64,000 nucleotides of DNA from an uncultured Planctomycetaceae bacterium (GTDB lineage Bacteria > Planctomycetota > Planctomycetia > Pirellulales > PALSA-1355). The position numbers and the translations under genes were made by a program. This document shows positions 12,521 through 25,112 of this stretch, one piece after another (the first letter of the stretch is position 1; the number at the start of each line of letters is the position of its first letter). The notes beneath the pieces were generated by a model that was not told the DNA's origin, searched no databases, and saw only the letters and a list, made by a program, of their open reading frames with translations. The stretch covers positions 96,001 to 160,000 of the forward strand of contig CAWAUV010000001.1 in the NCBI GenBank assembly GCA_963785305.1. Reading direction: 5' to 3'.

Positions 12521-15500
12521 ATGAACTCGTTTCTATTGAGTCGCCCCAAAACGCCGCGTCCCGGGGCGACGGCCGGACTTTTGCTGATCCTTGGGCTGCT
12601 CGGCTCGGCCCTGGCGCCGGCAAGCTGGCGCTCGACCCCCTGCGCACGCTTCCGCAGGCTCTACATCGCATTTGGCAAGTGCAGCAGGGTTTGCCGCAAG
12701 CCACGATCCACGCCATTTTTCAGTCGCACGACGGTTACTTGTGGCTCGGAACGCAATCTTCGTTCGTACGTTTCGATGGCCTGCGTTTTGCGACAATGAA
12801 TTTAAACGCTTCCAACTCCCCGAAGCAAAGCAAAATCTGGATCAATGATATCGCGGAAGACCCGCGCCACAATCTTTGGGTCGCCACCGGCGCCGGCCTG
12901 GCGCGGCTCGCGGAGGGCGAAACGCATTGCTATGGCATTGCCGATGGCTTGCCCGCGGCGGACATCGAATGGGTGCTCACCGATGCGGCCGGCGTCGTGT
13001 GGGCCGGCGCCGAACACGCCGTCGCGCGCCTCGAGCTCGATCCTCAAGACGAGGCGCATCCCGCGCGACACTCCTCACCGCGAATCACCGTCTACCGCGA
13101 GGCCGATGGTCTCGGCGCCGCGCGACTACGGGCCGGATGCCTGGATCGCGAGGGGCGCCTCTGGGTCGGCGGCGACGGCGGCGTTATCCTCCGCTTGGAC
13201 GGACGACGATTCGATTCTCTCGAGATTCCCGCGCTGGCCGGCGGCAATGTCAATGCGATGCTAGCCGGCGACGATGGATCGCTCTGGATCGGCTCCGACG
13301 ACGGGCTCATCCAGTGGTCCGAACAGCGCGAACGGCGGTTCACCACCGCCGACGGGCTGGCGCATGATTGCGTGCTGTGTCTCGCGCCGACCCGCGGCGG
13401 AGTTTGGGCCGGCGGAAAAAACGGCTTCAGCCGGGTGACACGCGCTGTCGATGGCGCTCGCCACGAGATCGACAGCTACCGCGCTTCCGACGGCCTGAGC
13501 CAAAGCACCGTGTACGCGCTTTTCGAAGACCGCGAGGCGAGCCTGTGGGTGGGCACTAAAAATGGGCTCAATCAATTCTCCGATCGACGCACGCTCCTCT
13601 ATACCACCGCCGAAGGCTTGCCGAGCAACAATGTCGGGCCGGTGTTGCAGGATTCGCGGGGCCAAGTCTGGGTCGGAACACTCGGCGCCGGGCTCGGCCG
13701 ACTCGAAGGCCGACGTTTCACCGCCCTTACCACGCGCGATGGATTGCCAAGCAACACGATCTTTGCCCTCGCCGAATTTGCCGACTCCCTGTGGATCGGC
13801 TCCGACGCGGGCCTTGTCCGCCGCCGCGAAGGCGAGCCGCCGCGAACCTTTACCGAGGCCGACGGCTTGCCCTCGAACGTCGTTCGCTCGCTTTGCTCGG
13901 ATCGGTCGGGAGCGCTTTGGGTCGGCACGGACCTGGGGCTCGTTTGCTGGCGCGAGGGCCGCTTCGAGCCGCCCCAGGGCAAGGCCGAAGTTCTGCGCGA
14001 GCCGGTTCGCGCGCTCGCCCGCCATGGCGAGGGCGTGTTGGTCGCGGGCGCCGATGGCGCGCTTTATCGCTGCGACCACGGTCGGCTCGAGACGTTTGAC
14101 GACGACCGCGCCGAGTTTCACGACATCGCCACGATCTTCGAAGATGCCGCCGGGCGTGTTTGGCTCGGCTCCCATGGGGCGGGACTTGTGCTGATCGACT
14201 CGCGACCGATGGATCCAAGCGGCCAACGTCTCGCGACCTTCCGCTTCACCGTGAAACAAGGATTGCACGACGACGATATCTCTGGCATCGCCAGCGGCGC
14301 CGACGACGAACTGTGGATGGCCTGCACCAAGGGCATCTTCCTCGCGCGCATTTCACAGTTGCTCGAAGTCGCCGCCGGCAAATCCGACGGCGTCGTCAGC
14401 CGACCCTTCACTCCGCTCGACTCGCAACGCACGATCGAATGCCAGGCGGGCGTCGAGCCGAGTGTGTTTCGCCTGAAAGACGGAAACATCTGGTTCGCCA
14501 CCACGCATGGACTGATCGTGATCGATCCCGACAAGCTCGTTCGTCGGCTGCCGCCGATGCCGGTCGTCGTCGAGCAAATGGCCGTGAACGGCGAAGTGGA
14601 GAACTTGCACCAGCTTCGTCCCATGCCGCCGGGGCGAACCAATGTGAGCTTTCAATATGCCGCGCTTAGCTTTATCGCGCCCTCGCGCGTGAATTATCGC
14701 TATATGCTCGAGGGCTTCGACAAAGACTGGGTCGAGGCGGGCACGCGACGCGAAGCCTTTTACACGAATCTTCCGCCGGGCGAGTATCGCTTTCGCGTCG
14801 CCGCCACGATTCCCGACGGAGTGGCCGCCGAGGCCGCGAGGCCGGTGGCGTTTATCATCGAGCCGCACATTTATCAGCGCCCCTGGTTTTGGCCACTGAC
14901 TTCGACACTCGCGCTGGCGCTGGCCGTGGGCGTCGGCTGGGCCGGCGTTCGCCTTCGCGTGCGGCAGATCCGGCGGCAGATGCAAATGGTCGTCGGCGAG
15001 CGGAGCCGCATTGCCCGCGAGCTGCACGACACGCTCATGCAGGGCTTTTCCGGCGTGACCATGGAAATGCAGGCCCTGAGCGTGCGCCTGCCCGAATCGC
15101 CCGAGCGGCGCATGCTCGAGGAAATCATTCGCGACGCCGGTATATGCCTGCGCGAGGCTCGCCGCTCCGTGGCGGGCCTTCGCACCGTGGGCCAAGTGGG
15201 GCTCGCCGCCACGATTGCCGACGCGGCCCGGCAACTCACCGAAACGCAAGCCCTGCGGCTGCGGTTGCGAATCGAGCCGGTGGCGCAGGCATTGTCTTCC
15301 GACGCTCAATACAATCTGCTGCGCATTGCCCAAGAAGCGATTACCAACGCGGTGAAGCACGCGAACTGCGGGGCGATCGAGGTCGTGCTCGAAAGCTCGC
15401 CGCGGCGATTGACGCTCTCGGTCCTCGACGACGGAATCGGCTTCGACACCGGGGCCAATGGCTCGCCCGGCCATTATGGCTTGATCGGCATGCAGGAACG

Positions 15501-15636
15501 CGCTCGGCAAATCGGGGCCCAACTCGATATCGAAAGTCGCCCCGGCCATGGCGCGCGAGTCACCGTGACCTTGCCGCACAATCAGCCGGTTCGCGACACG
15601 GACCCAGCGCCGGCGACTCCAACCGCGCCCCCCTAG
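12521..15636 (+). CDS. Sensor histidine kinase with Reg_prop beta-propeller repeats, Y_Y_Y domain, TM, HisKA_3 and HATPase; probable frameshift near 12625 after the signal peptide
   Basis: Repeated DGLPSN..LWVGT units; YRYMLEGFDKDW..YTNLPPGEYRF; ERSRIARELHDTL; QEAITNAVKHA; DDGIGF; signal peptide MNSFLL..GLLLILGLLG is in another frame. Confidence 0.9.
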
Positions 15637-15708
15637 CCCGCGGATTACGAGCGCTCGCGAGCCGTTGCCCGTTCCCTCGCCGTTCCTGGAACCCGCGGAT
15701 AAAATAAC

Positions 15709-16344
15709 ATGCCCGCCGAGACTTCCGGTCCGATTCGCGTGCTTTGCGTCGACGATCATCCGTTGGTGCGCAAGGGCATCGCCTCGATCCTCAGCAACGA
15801 GGCCGACATGGAATGGGTCGCCGAGGCGGGCAATGGCCGCGATGCCTTGGAGCTGTTTCGCCGCCACCGGCCCGATGTCACGCTGATGGACCTGCGCATG
15901 CCCGACCTAGACGGCATCGCCGCGACCCGATTGATTCGCGGCGAATTTCCCGATGCCAAGATCATCGCGCTCACGAGTTTCGATGGAGATCAAGACATTT
16001 ACCGCGCGCTCGAGGCCGGCGTGCGAGGCTACTTGCTCAAGGAGATGGTTCACACCGAGGTGTTGAACGCGATCCGCCGAGCGCATCGCAACGAGCGCTT
16101 GCTGCCGCCGGAGGTTTCCGAGCGATTGCAAAAACATTTCCCCGACGTGGCCCTCACGCCGCGCGAGGTCGAAGTGCTTTCGCTCGTGGCCCAAGGTTTG
16201 GCGAATAAAGAAATCGCCGCCCGCTTGGGCACGGCGAGCGGCACCGTGAAGATTCATGTGCAAAACATTCTCGCCAAACTCCGCGCCACCGACCGCACCC
16301 ATGCCGTGACCATCGCGTTGCAGCGCGGAATCTTGCATTATTGA
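15709..16344 (+). CDS. NarL/LuxR-family response regulator
   Basis: VDDHPLVRKG, LMDLRMP, GYLLK receiver motifs; LTPREVEVL..NKEIA..TVKIHVQNI HTH. Confidence 0.95.
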   Translation: MPAETSGPIRVLCVDDHPLVRKGIASILSNEADMEWVAEAGNGRDALELFRRHRPDVTLMDLRMPDLDGIAATRLIRGEFPDAKIIALTSFDGDQDIYRALEAGVRGYLLKEMVHTEVLNAIRRAHRNERLLPPEVSERLQKHFPDVALTPREVEVLSLVAQGLANKEIAARLGTASGTVKIHVQNILAKLRATDRTHAVTIALQRGILHY

Positions 16345-16550
16345 AATCGCGGCAAACTTGCTCGCCCTGCTCGCTTCCGCCAAAATGACCGGCTTCAACC
16401 CGCTCATGTCGCGAGGCGCGAACGGCGCGCCAAGGATCGCGAAACTTTGCCGCGAACGAAGCATCGCGGCGGCGCGATTCTGCGCCGAACAGTGTTGCGA
16501 ATGTCCCGTTTAATTCGCCAGTGAATAATTCCCGAATTCGAGCGATGAGC

Positions 16551-17678
16551 ATGGCAATGACCGACTACGGGATCTATGAACTTTTCGCCGGTCGTCAAGC
16601 GGCGCTCTTGAGCGGGTTCATATTGGGGATCGCGGCTGCCTTCGGCGCGGCAATCGGCAGTTTTCTCAATGTGGTGGTTTATCGACTGCCGCTCGGATTG
16701 AGCTTGTCGCATCCCGGCTCGCATTGCCCGAAGTGCGGTCGCTCGATCCGCTGGCGCGACAACGTGCCCGTCTTCGGCTGGCTCTTGCTGCGCGGCCGCT
16801 GCCGCGATTGTCGCGCCCCGATCTCGAAACGCTATCCAGCGGTCGAAGCTCTTGTGGCGGCGCTCTTCGCCGGTTTTGCGTGGCTCGAAATCGTGTGCGA
16901 GGGAATCAACTTACCCTCGCGCTCGGTGGCGACGGTCGAGCCCGGTGTGCCCGTTGCCGACGCCGATCTTGCTTTCCTGGCGATTCGCTTTGCCGCCCAC
17001 ATGTTGCTCGCCACCACCTTGCTGGCCGCGGCGTTGATGGCGCGCGATGGCAGCCGGGCCCCGCTCCGCTTGTGGGCGCCGGCCCTGCTGCTGGGGTTTG
17101 CTTTACCCCTGGGCTGGCCCCTCATCCGGCCCGAGGCGCTCGCGCCAAGCATTGAAGCCCGATTGTGGGAAGTGAATATGCCGCCCGCGATTGTGGCGAG
17201 CGTTATCGGACTCGTCGAGGGGCTGTGCGGCTTGGCCGTGGGGCTGTCGTTGGGCGCGCTCGGTCCGATCGGCGAGCGTCATCTTGTTGGCGACTGGCCC
17301 GCGAAACTCGGCGAGCGGGTTCGGTCCAATGGGCTCGCGCTCGGGCTGGTCGGCCTGTTCCTTGGCGTGCAAGCGGTCTGCTGGGTGGCGATTGCGAGCT
17401 GGCTGGTCCACGCGGTGCTCGCGCGATTGGTTTCGCCGCGATGGCCGGGTGGAATTCGGCCCACAATCCACGTCTTGCCCATGGCGCCCGATCGTGCGCC
17501 GAGCGCGATCTTAACCGCCGTGATCGCGCTATTACTTGCTTGGCGATGGATCGCCCGCGCGCAAGCGGCCTCGGCCGTGCCACTGGCCGCTGGCCTCTTG
17601 CTCACGCTGCTGGCGCTCGCGGCCGTTCACATCGTCGCCGGGCGAAAGACTTCCATGCCACGCAACACGTTGGAGTGA
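16551..17678 (+). CDS. Prepilin peptidase A24-like membrane protein
   Basis: [45 protein letters not shown]; multiple TMs; start uncertain (16545/16551/16557). Confidence 0.8.
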   Translation: MAMTDYGIYELFAGRQAALLSGFILGIAAAFGAAIGSFLNVVVYRLPLGLSLSHPGSHCPKCGRSIRWRDNVPVFGWLLLRGRCRDCRAPISKRYPAVEALVAALFAGFAWLEIVCEGINLPSRSVATVEPGVPVADADLAFLAIRFAAHMLLATTLLAAALMARDGSRAPLRLWAPALLLGFALPLGWPLIRPEALAPSIEARLWEVNMPPAIVASVIGLVEGLCGLAVGLSLGALGPIGERHLVGDWPAKLGERVRSNGLALGLVGLFLGVQAVCWVAIASWLVHAVLARLVSPRWPGGIRPTIHVLPMAPDRAPSAILTAVIALLLAWRWIARAQAASAVPLAAGLLLTLLALAAVHIVAGRKTSMPRNTLE

Positions 17679-17683
17679 TTCGC

Positions 17684-18496
17684 ATGATGAACCCCACACA
17701 AACCGCGGCCACCGGCGGCGCCCACGATCTTGATCCCCAGCGACCCACGGCCTTGATCACCGGCGGCGCCAAGCGCGTCGGGCTGGCCATCGTCGAACTG
17801 CTCGCGGAGCGGGGCTATCGAGTCGTGGTGCATGCGAATCGATCGCGCGACGAGGCCGAGGCGGTCGTCGGGCGGCTCGCCGAGGCCGGCCACGAAGCGC
17901 TCGCGGTGACGGGCGATGTGCGTGATTCAACAGCCGTGCGCCAGATGCTCGACGCCACGCTCGCCCGCTTCGGCCGCATCGATGCGCTGGTCAATTGCGC
18001 CGCGATCTGGCGCCGAAAGCCGCTCGAAGAGGTGACGGCCGACGATGTGCGCGAGCATTTCGAGGTCAATGCGCTCGGAACATTTCTGTGCTGCCGGGAG
18101 ATGGGCCTCGCCATGGCCGCGCAGTCCGATGGCGGAGCGATCGTGAATATCGGCGATTGGGCCGTGGCCCGGCCCTATGTCGACTTCGCCGCCTACTTTC
18201 CCTCGAAAGGCGCCATTCCCACGCTCACGCGCTGCCTGGCGATCGAGCTCGCCCAGCGAAACCCCCGGGTGCGCGTCAATGCGATCTTGCCCGGCCCGGT
18301 GCTGTTGCCGCCCGACATGCCGGCCGACGAGCGGGCCGAGGCGATCCATGCCACATTGGTCAAGCGCGAAGGCCATCCGCGGCACATTGCTCACGCCACC
18401 CTGTTTCTGATTGAAAACGATTTTGTCACCGGAGTGTCGCTGCCGGTCGATGGCGGGCGAACCATCTTCAACGGCAGCTTCGATCGCGACGGCTGA
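17684..18496 (+). CDS. SDR oxidoreductase, pteridine reductase (FolM/PTR1)-like
   Basis: TGGAKRVG, LVNCAAIW, YFPSKG, VRVNAILPG, VDGG. Confidence 0.85.
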   Translation: MMNPTQTAATGGAHDLDPQRPTALITGGAKRVGLAIVELLAERGYRVVVHANRSRDEAEAVVGRLAEAGHEALAVTGDVRDSTAVRQMLDATLARFGRIDALVNCAAIWRRKPLEEVTADDVREHFEVNALGTFLCCREMGLAMAAQSDGGAIVNIGDWAVARPYVDFAAYFPSKGAIPTLTRCLAIELAQRNPRVRVNAILPGPVLLPPDMPADERAEAIHATLVKREGHPRHIAHATLFLIENDFVTGVSLPVDGGRTIFNGSFDRDG

Positions 18497-18599
18497 GCGG
18501 AAATCTTGTTCGGAAGATTGCGGACAAACATTTCGCGGCAAGAAAAATACGGTTATAATCATCAGTTGGTGGAGGTTCTGGCCGATCCGAGGGGCTCCG

Positions 18600-21500
18600 A
18601 TGTTTCGACTCGCTCGATTGCCGCTGTTCGTGAAGCGTCGTGGCGACTCGATTCGCCGCGGGCCAATGCTATTGCTTGCGGCGCTCATCGCCAGCGTGGC
18701 GCTTAGCCCTGCGCCGCGCGGGCCGAGCGACCGGTCGATTTCGATCGCGATATTCGGCCGCTTTTCGCCGAGCGCTGCTTCAAGTGCCACGGCGGCGCAA
18801 AACCGGCCGGCGGTCTCAATCTGACCGACGCCAAGAAGGCCCTGCGCGAGGCCGATTCGGGCCGACGCGCGATTCTTGCGGGGCGGCCCGAGGAAAGCGA
18901 ACTGCTGAGGCGAGCTGCCAGCCACGACCCCGACGAGCGCATGCCACCCCAAGGCGAGCGGCTTTCGTCCGCCGAACAAGCGCGGCTTCGCGAGTGGATC
19001 GCCGCCGGTGCGCCATGGCCCGGTCATTGGGCCTACCGGGCGCTCGAGGCTCCTCCCGTTCCCGACCTCGCGGACGCCAAGTTCCCGGGAACAGCGTCTT
19101 TCGACGCGCGGTCGTGGGCCCTCGCTCCGATCGATCGGTTCGTGGCCCGGGAGCTCGTCGAGCGGGGATTGTCGCCTTCCCCCGAGGCGGATCGGCGAAC
19201 ACTGCTCCGACGTGTTTCGCTCGACTTGACCGGACTGCCGCCGACCTACGAGCAAACCCAGGCGTTTCTCGCCGACACCGCGCCCGATGCCTACGAGCGC
19301 GTGGTCGATCGATTGCTGGCCAGTCCGGCCCACGGCGAGCGCCGGGCGCGGCACTGGATGGATTTGGTTCACTTCGCCGAGAGCCACGGACAAGATCAAG
19401 ACCGCCCTCGCGAGCATGCGTGGCCCTACCGCGACTATTTGATTCGCGCGCTCAACGAAGACAAGCCGTATTCCCGCTTTGTCGAGGAGCAAGTGGCCGG
19501 CGATGTGCTCTTTCCCGACGACGCTTGGGCGACCGTGGCCACCGGTTTCTTGGCCGCCGGCCCGTGGGACGAAAGTTCACTGCGCGATATTCGCGAAGAC
19601 TCGGCCGACCGCGAGATCGGCCGTTATCTCGACCGCGACGATATCGTGACCACGGTGATGCAGACCTTCGCGAGCGCCACGGTGCAATGTGCCCGCTGCC
19701 ACGATCACAAGTTCGACCCGATCTCGCAGCAAGATTATTATTCGCTGCAAGCCGTGTTCGCCGGCACCGACAAAGCCAACCGGCCCTACGACACCGACCC
19801 CGGCGTGGCGTCGGCTCGCCGCGAGCGACTGGAGCTAAAAGCGAGTTTACCGCGCATGCTTTCGGAGCACGACTCCGCGCTCATCGACGCCGAGCTTCAG
19901 TCGCGAGTCGCGGAGTGGGAAGCATCGCTGGCGCCCAAGCAATTGAATTGGCAAGTGACGGGCATTGCGAGCGCGCATTCGGCCGATGGGGTTCCCTTGA
20001 CCTTGCTCGACGATGGCTCGCTCTTGGCCGGAGGCGCCGCGCCGCTGGTCGACACCTACACGATCGTGCTTCGCGCTCCGCAGTCGATCGTGCGGGCGCT
20101 CAAGATCGAAGTCTTGCCCGACGAGCGTCTGCCGCATGGTGGACCCGGCCGCGCGGAAAACGGAAATTTTCATCTGAGCGAGGTGCGTGTCGAGGCGATC
20201 GAATCGCCCGGCCTCGGCGATTTGGCGGACCTTGCTCGCGCTGCCACTCCGGGGCGCCGCCTCAAGCTCGAGCATCCGGTGGCCGACTTCGATCAAGCCG
20301 ATTGGAATTTCTCGAAGGCGATCGATGACAAGCCCGAAACCGCCTGGGGCATCCATCCCGAAGAAGGCAAGCCGCACCACGCCGTGATCGCGTTCGACGC
20401 ACCGGTGTCCAGCCGAGCGGCGAACGACTCGCGGCCCGGCTCGGAGACGGGCTCGCCGCCGGGAGTGGCGCTGCGCGTGGTGCTCGAACAACTTCATGGC
20501 CGGAATCATGTGATCGGCCGGCTGCGGCTTTGGTCGAGCGATGTCGCGCCCGCCGGCGGAGCCGCGAAACCGGCCAAGCCCGAAATCGCCGCGATTCTTG
20601 CAACGCCCGCGGGCGAGCGCGGCGACGATCAGCGGCGCCGCTTGGCCGCGGCCTATCTCGAGGAGAAGGCCGACCGCGAATTGGCCGCGTTGCCGGCGCC
20701 GTCGCTGGTGTACTGCGGCACGAGCCGCTTCGCGGCCGAGGGATCGTTTCGCCCGACGCCGGCGCCGCGGAAAGTGTGCGTGCTGCATCGCGGGCAGTTG
20801 AACGACCCGCGCGGCGAGGCCTTGCCCGGGGCTTTGAGCTGCGTGGAGGGGCTTGGCCGGGAGCTCGCGATCAGCGAACTGGCGAATGAAGGCGAGCGCC
20901 GGGCCGCGCTGGCCCATTGGCTGAGCGACCGGCGCAACGGACTCACGTGGCGCTCGATCGTCAATCGGCTTTGGCAGCATCACCTGGGCCAAGGTCTGGT
21001 TGAAACTCAAAGCGACTTCGGCCGCATGGGGGCCGCGCCTTCGCATCCGGAACTGCTTGATTATCTCGCGGCCGAGCTGCGCGATCATGGCGGCTCGCTT
21101 AAACACTTGCACCGACTCATCGTCACAAGCGCCGTCTATCGCCAATCGAGCGATGAACAACCGCGCGACGGGCTCGCCGGCGACGCGTTGGCGAGCCAGC
21201 GCGAGCAGGACCCGAGCGATCGGTGGCTGTGGCGCATGCGGCGCCGTCGGCTCGACGCGGAATCGCTGCGCGATAGTTTGCTATTTCTTTCGGGCAAGCT
21301 CGACTCGAGCATGGGCGGACCCTCGGTCAAACAGTTCGTGCAAACGCCGGGCGTGCATGTAACGCCCAATGTCGATTACTTTGCCTTTCCGCTCGACGAT
21401 CCGGCCAACCGGCGCCGTAGCGTGTATCGTTTCCTGTTCCGCACATTGCCCGACCCATTCATGGAATCGCTCGACTGCCCCGATGCTTCGCAGTTGACGC

Positions 21501-21763
21501 CGCGGCGGACCGAATCGGTTACCGCCCTGCAAGCGCTGGCCACGCTCCACGATCGGCTCGTCGTTCGCCAATGTGAATTCATGGCCGAGCGCATCGAAAA
21601 CGAATCGCCCGGCGAGCCTGCCCGGCAACTGTTTCACACGCTCTTACGCCGCGAGCCGCGGCCCGAGGAGGCTCGCGCCTTGGGCGACTATATTGCTCGG
21701 CACGGTCTGGCCAACGCCTGCCGATTCGTGATCAACACCAACGAATTCATGTTCGTCGATTAA
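18600..21763 (+). CDS. Planctomycete cytochrome c / DUF1549 / DUF1553 protein; N-terminal frameshift
   Basis: VDFDRDIRPLFAERCFKCHG upstream of ORF 18941; PIDRFV, LLRRVSLDLTGLPP, CARCHDHKFDPI, PSHPELLDYLA, RRRLDAESLRD. Confidence 0.9.
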
Positions 21764-21781
21764 GGAACGAGGGTCGAAGCC

Positions 21782-23252
21782 ATGCATCAATCGCCCGATC
21801 GCTCCGCCACACGCTCCCAGGGCTCGGTTCGCGTTGCCGGGCTCGATCGTCGCGAATTTCTGTTTCGCTCGGGCGGTGGATTCGGCGCCGTGGCGCTCGC
21901 GCACTTGCTCGGCGAGAGCGATCTCGCGGCCGAGGGCCAATCGCCCGGCGCCGATCTCAACGGCGGGTTGCATCATCGGGCCAAAGCGCGGCGCGTGATC
22001 CAATTGTTCATGAATGGCGGCGTGAGCCAAATGGACACATTCGACTACAAGCCCGAGCTCACGCGGCGGCATGGCGAAAAGATCGACTTCGGACTCAAGG
22101 CGGCGGTCACGAGCGAAGCCGGCGCGGTGATGAAATCGCCTTTCGAGTTCAAGCAACATGGTCAATGCGGACGCTGGGTAAGCAGCGTGTTTCCCGAGAT
22201 CGCCGGCCATGTCGATGACCTGGCGGTGCTCATGGCGATGACCGCGCCGACGAATGTGCATGGGCCGGCAAGCTACTTACAGTCGACCGGCTTCCAAATG
22301 CCCGGCTATCCGTCGTTTGGCGCCTGGGTTTCCTATGGACTGGGGCGCATTGCCGATGATCTGCCCGCATTCGTGGTGCTACCGGACTCGCGCGGACTGC
22401 CCTACAACAGCACCGGAGACTTCGGCGCGGGCTTCCTGCCCGCCGCGCATGCCGGCACGGTGATTCGCCCCACGAGCGCCAACCCGGTTCCGTTTCTGAA
22501 TCCACCGACCGGCGCGCGTGGCATTTCCGCGGAGAGCGAACGCGATGGTTTGGCGATGCTCGCCGAGATGAATCGCCGCCACGCCGCCGAGCATCCGGGC
22601 GATTCGCGGCTCGATGCGCGGATCACCGCCTTCGAGCTCGCGGCCAAGATGCAAACCCGGCGCCCGAAGCGCTCGATCTTCGCGCGAGACCGAAGCCACG
22701 GCGCGGCTTTATGGCCTCGACAATGAGACGACCGCCCCATTCGGCCGGAGTTGCCTCACGGCGCGGCGGCTGGCCGAGCGGGGAGTGCGATTCGTGCAGG
22801 TGTGGAGCGGCATGGCCGGTCCGAAGAACAATTGGGACAACCACAACGATATTCCGAGCGAGCTCCCCTCGATTGCCCGCATGGTCGATCGACCGATCGC
22901 CGGGCTGCTCACCGATCTCAAGCAGCGTGGTCTTTTGGAGGACACGCTCGTGATCTGGACCACGGAGTTCGGCCGAATGCCCTTTACGCAAGGCGCCACG
23001 GGACGAGACCACAATGGCGGCTCGTTCGTCTCATGGATGGCTGGCGGCGGAGCGCGCGGAGGAACCGCAATCGGCCAAAGCGATGAATTCGCGTTCAAGG
23101 CCGCGGAAAACGCCACCACCGGCTACGATATGCACGCCACGGCTCTGCATCTCCTGGGCATCGACCACACCCGGCTCGTGGTGCGGCTGAGTGGCATCGA
23201 TCGACGGCTGACCGATGTGCATGGTCGCGTGCTGTCCGAGCTTGTGGCGTGA
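21782..23252 (+). CDS. DUF1501 family protein with Tat-like signal; frameshift near 22660
   Basis: DRREFL, KARRVIQLFMNGGVSQMDTFDYKP, ARRLAERGVRFVQV, EFGRMP, GRDHN, RLTDVHG; split over two ORFs. Confidence 0.9.
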
Positions 23253-23295
23253 GACCGCGCTATCGCGAATTTCGCCGCGGGCTCGGGCGCCGGTT

Positions 23296-23721
23296 TCAGG
23301 CGGCATGCGGATCGGCCGCCGCGCGCAGGAAACGTCCGCCGCTTTCGTACCAACCATGTTCGGTGAAGCGGCACCAGGTGACCTCCATCAAGAAATGCGC
23401 GCCGAGTCCCTGCGACGAGCGCAGCGACGCGATGATTCTGCGATAGGGCAGCGGCTTCGGATGATAGAAGCCCAGGCCGCGCTCCGATAAATGCTTGCCC
23501 ACCACGACAAGCGATTCGGCGAGCGGCGCCTGGCCGTCGGGGCCGATCGGCGTGAGCAACACGAGATTGGGATAGGGAAATCGCTGCGCGGCGCGTCGCT
23601 CCGAGGCGTCGCGCGGCGAATGCGAGCCCGAAAGCAGCGACCAGACTTGCTCTCGCAAGCGCTCATCGGCCGAGATCGGCCCTTCGATAGTCAATAATCG
23701 TTCCGACGCGGCTAAACTCAT
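23296..23721 (-). CDS. Stand-alone PilZ-like domain protein
   Basis: ERRAAQRFPYP, HLSERGLGF, V.WCR..GGRF; similar to the C-terminus of the 36694..38102 gene. Confidence 0.6.
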   Translation of the reverse strand: MSLAASERLLTIEGPISADERLREQVWSLLSGSHSPRDASERRAAQRFPYPNLVLLTPIGPDGQAPLAESLVVVGKHLSERGLGFYHPKPLPYRRIIASLRSSQGLGAHFLMEVTWCRFTEHGWYESGGRFLRAAADPHAA

Positions 23722-24000
23722 GGGGCGCCTCTTCAAGGGGTTCCCTTTCGGCGCGTTCGCGACCGCCGGAATGAAATCCGGTCAAGCGGAGCGCACCCAG
23801 GGCGGCACGATGGCCAAGAAAGAATGGGGTTTCAGCGCAGTGGGAGATCAGGGGGACGAACCAACGAACTCGAAGACAAGACGTGCGCCGCGGCGTCGAG
23901 GTTCACGGACGCGCGGCGGGACTAACTTTTCGCGTTCGGCGGCCCCGCGAGTTCCCGCCGGAGCCGAAAACTTCGCTTGGGCTGTGTCGATGGAAACAAA

Positions 24001-24963
24001 TCAATAAAACTTCGACGCAATCGCTCCCCGCCGCAGCGCCGAGCGCGGGCCGGGCGCCGTGGCCGTGCGGCGATGTTCGATCAAGGTTCGATTTTCACGC
24101 AACGGAGCATAGTCGGGCGCGATCGCGAGCCCGGCGTCGATCTTTTCGAGCGCCTGGGCAAAATCTCCCGAGTCGGCCAGCGTGAGGGCCCAATTGTTCC
24201 AAGCGGCCAGTAGGTTTTGTTTCGCGGCGCCGCAGTCGCGGTCGAGTTCGAGCGCGGTTTGGTTGAGCGCCACGGCCGCCGCATAGTCGCGCGCCGCCAG
24301 CCGCTCGACGCCGCGGTTGTGGTAATACGTGGCCAAGAGCTGCGTGGCGCGAATCAAGCGGCCCGGCGGTCGTGGGCGGCTTTCATCCGCCGGAGCGTTC
24401 GCCGCCAGCGACTGAACCGCCGGTGGCCGGCGTGTCATTTCCACCACCGCCGCGACGCCCTGGGGATCGACCACCACCAACACATGAGCCGGCGCTTCGC
24501 AAGCCACGGCTTCGACGCCCAGTCGCTCGGCCAGCGCTATAAGCAGTGTGCTGGCGGTAATGCAATTGAAACTCCCGTGGTGAAACATGTCGCCCACGCT
24601 GTTGACGCTTCCGTCGTAGTCGCCCATCAGCACGCGATCGTGCAAGAAGCGATGCATCGCTTCGGCCCGCGCGACCATCGGAAGATCGAAATCCTCGCTC
24701 GCGCGGAACTCCTCGGCCAAGGCTTCGAGCCGGGCCTCGCAGTCGCGCGCCAAGCTCGCGTCGCTCGAACCGCCGGCCACGAGCGCCGCGGCGATCAAGG
24801 AATGCCGGTCGAGCCGGCCATCTTGGGCGTCGGCCAGCAACCGAGCCTCGCTCGACGAGCGAGTGGGGATCGCGGGCGTCGCCGCCAACACGGGAATAAC
24901 CGTCGCCCAAACCAGCGCCACGACAGGCGCGCGGGCGACGCGATGGGTTCGTCGATCGGGCAT
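24001..24963 (-). CDS. Secreted transglutaminase-like (SirB1-like) protein with TPR repeats
   Basis: Signal-like hydrophobic N-terminus; FNCITAS..LAERLG..PAHV; C-terminal TPR-like helices (YHNRG, WNNWA..LAIAP). Confidence 0.65.
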   Translation of the reverse strand: MPDRRTHRVARAPVVALVWATVIPVLAATPAIPTRSSSEARLLADAQDGRLDRHSLIAAALVAGGSSDASLARDCEARLEALAEEFRASEDFDLPMVARAEAMHRFLHDRVLMGDYDGSVNSVGDMFHHGSFNCITASTLLIALAERLGVEAVACEAPAHVLVVVDPQGVAAVVEMTRRPPAVQSLAANAPADESRPRPPGRLIRATQLLATYYHNRGVERLAARDYAAAVALNQTALELDRDCGAAKQNLLAAWNNWALTLADSGDFAQALEKIDAGLAIAPDYAPLRENRTLIEHRRTATAPGPRSALRRGAIASKFY

Positions 24964-25112
24964 ACGGGGCGCTCGAGCGATGCGAGGGCGAAAAACCAAG
25001 ACGAGATGCGGCGGTCGAGTCGGTTCGCCGCCGCGCGGCCCAACGACGACTCCGCAAGGAAAATATAGAACACGATTTCGCCCCGCGCCGGCCACGCTCG
25101 ATGGCCGAGCGA

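Noticed and set aside
12700..14350. Recurring GACGGCTTGCC-like DNA motifs
   Set aside because: Explained by Reg_prop propeller repeats (DGLP) in the sensor kinase.
23740..24000. Riboswitch or tRNA remnant upstream of the PilZ-like gene
   Set aside because: No recognisable c-di-GMP aptamer consensus or cloverleaf could be built.
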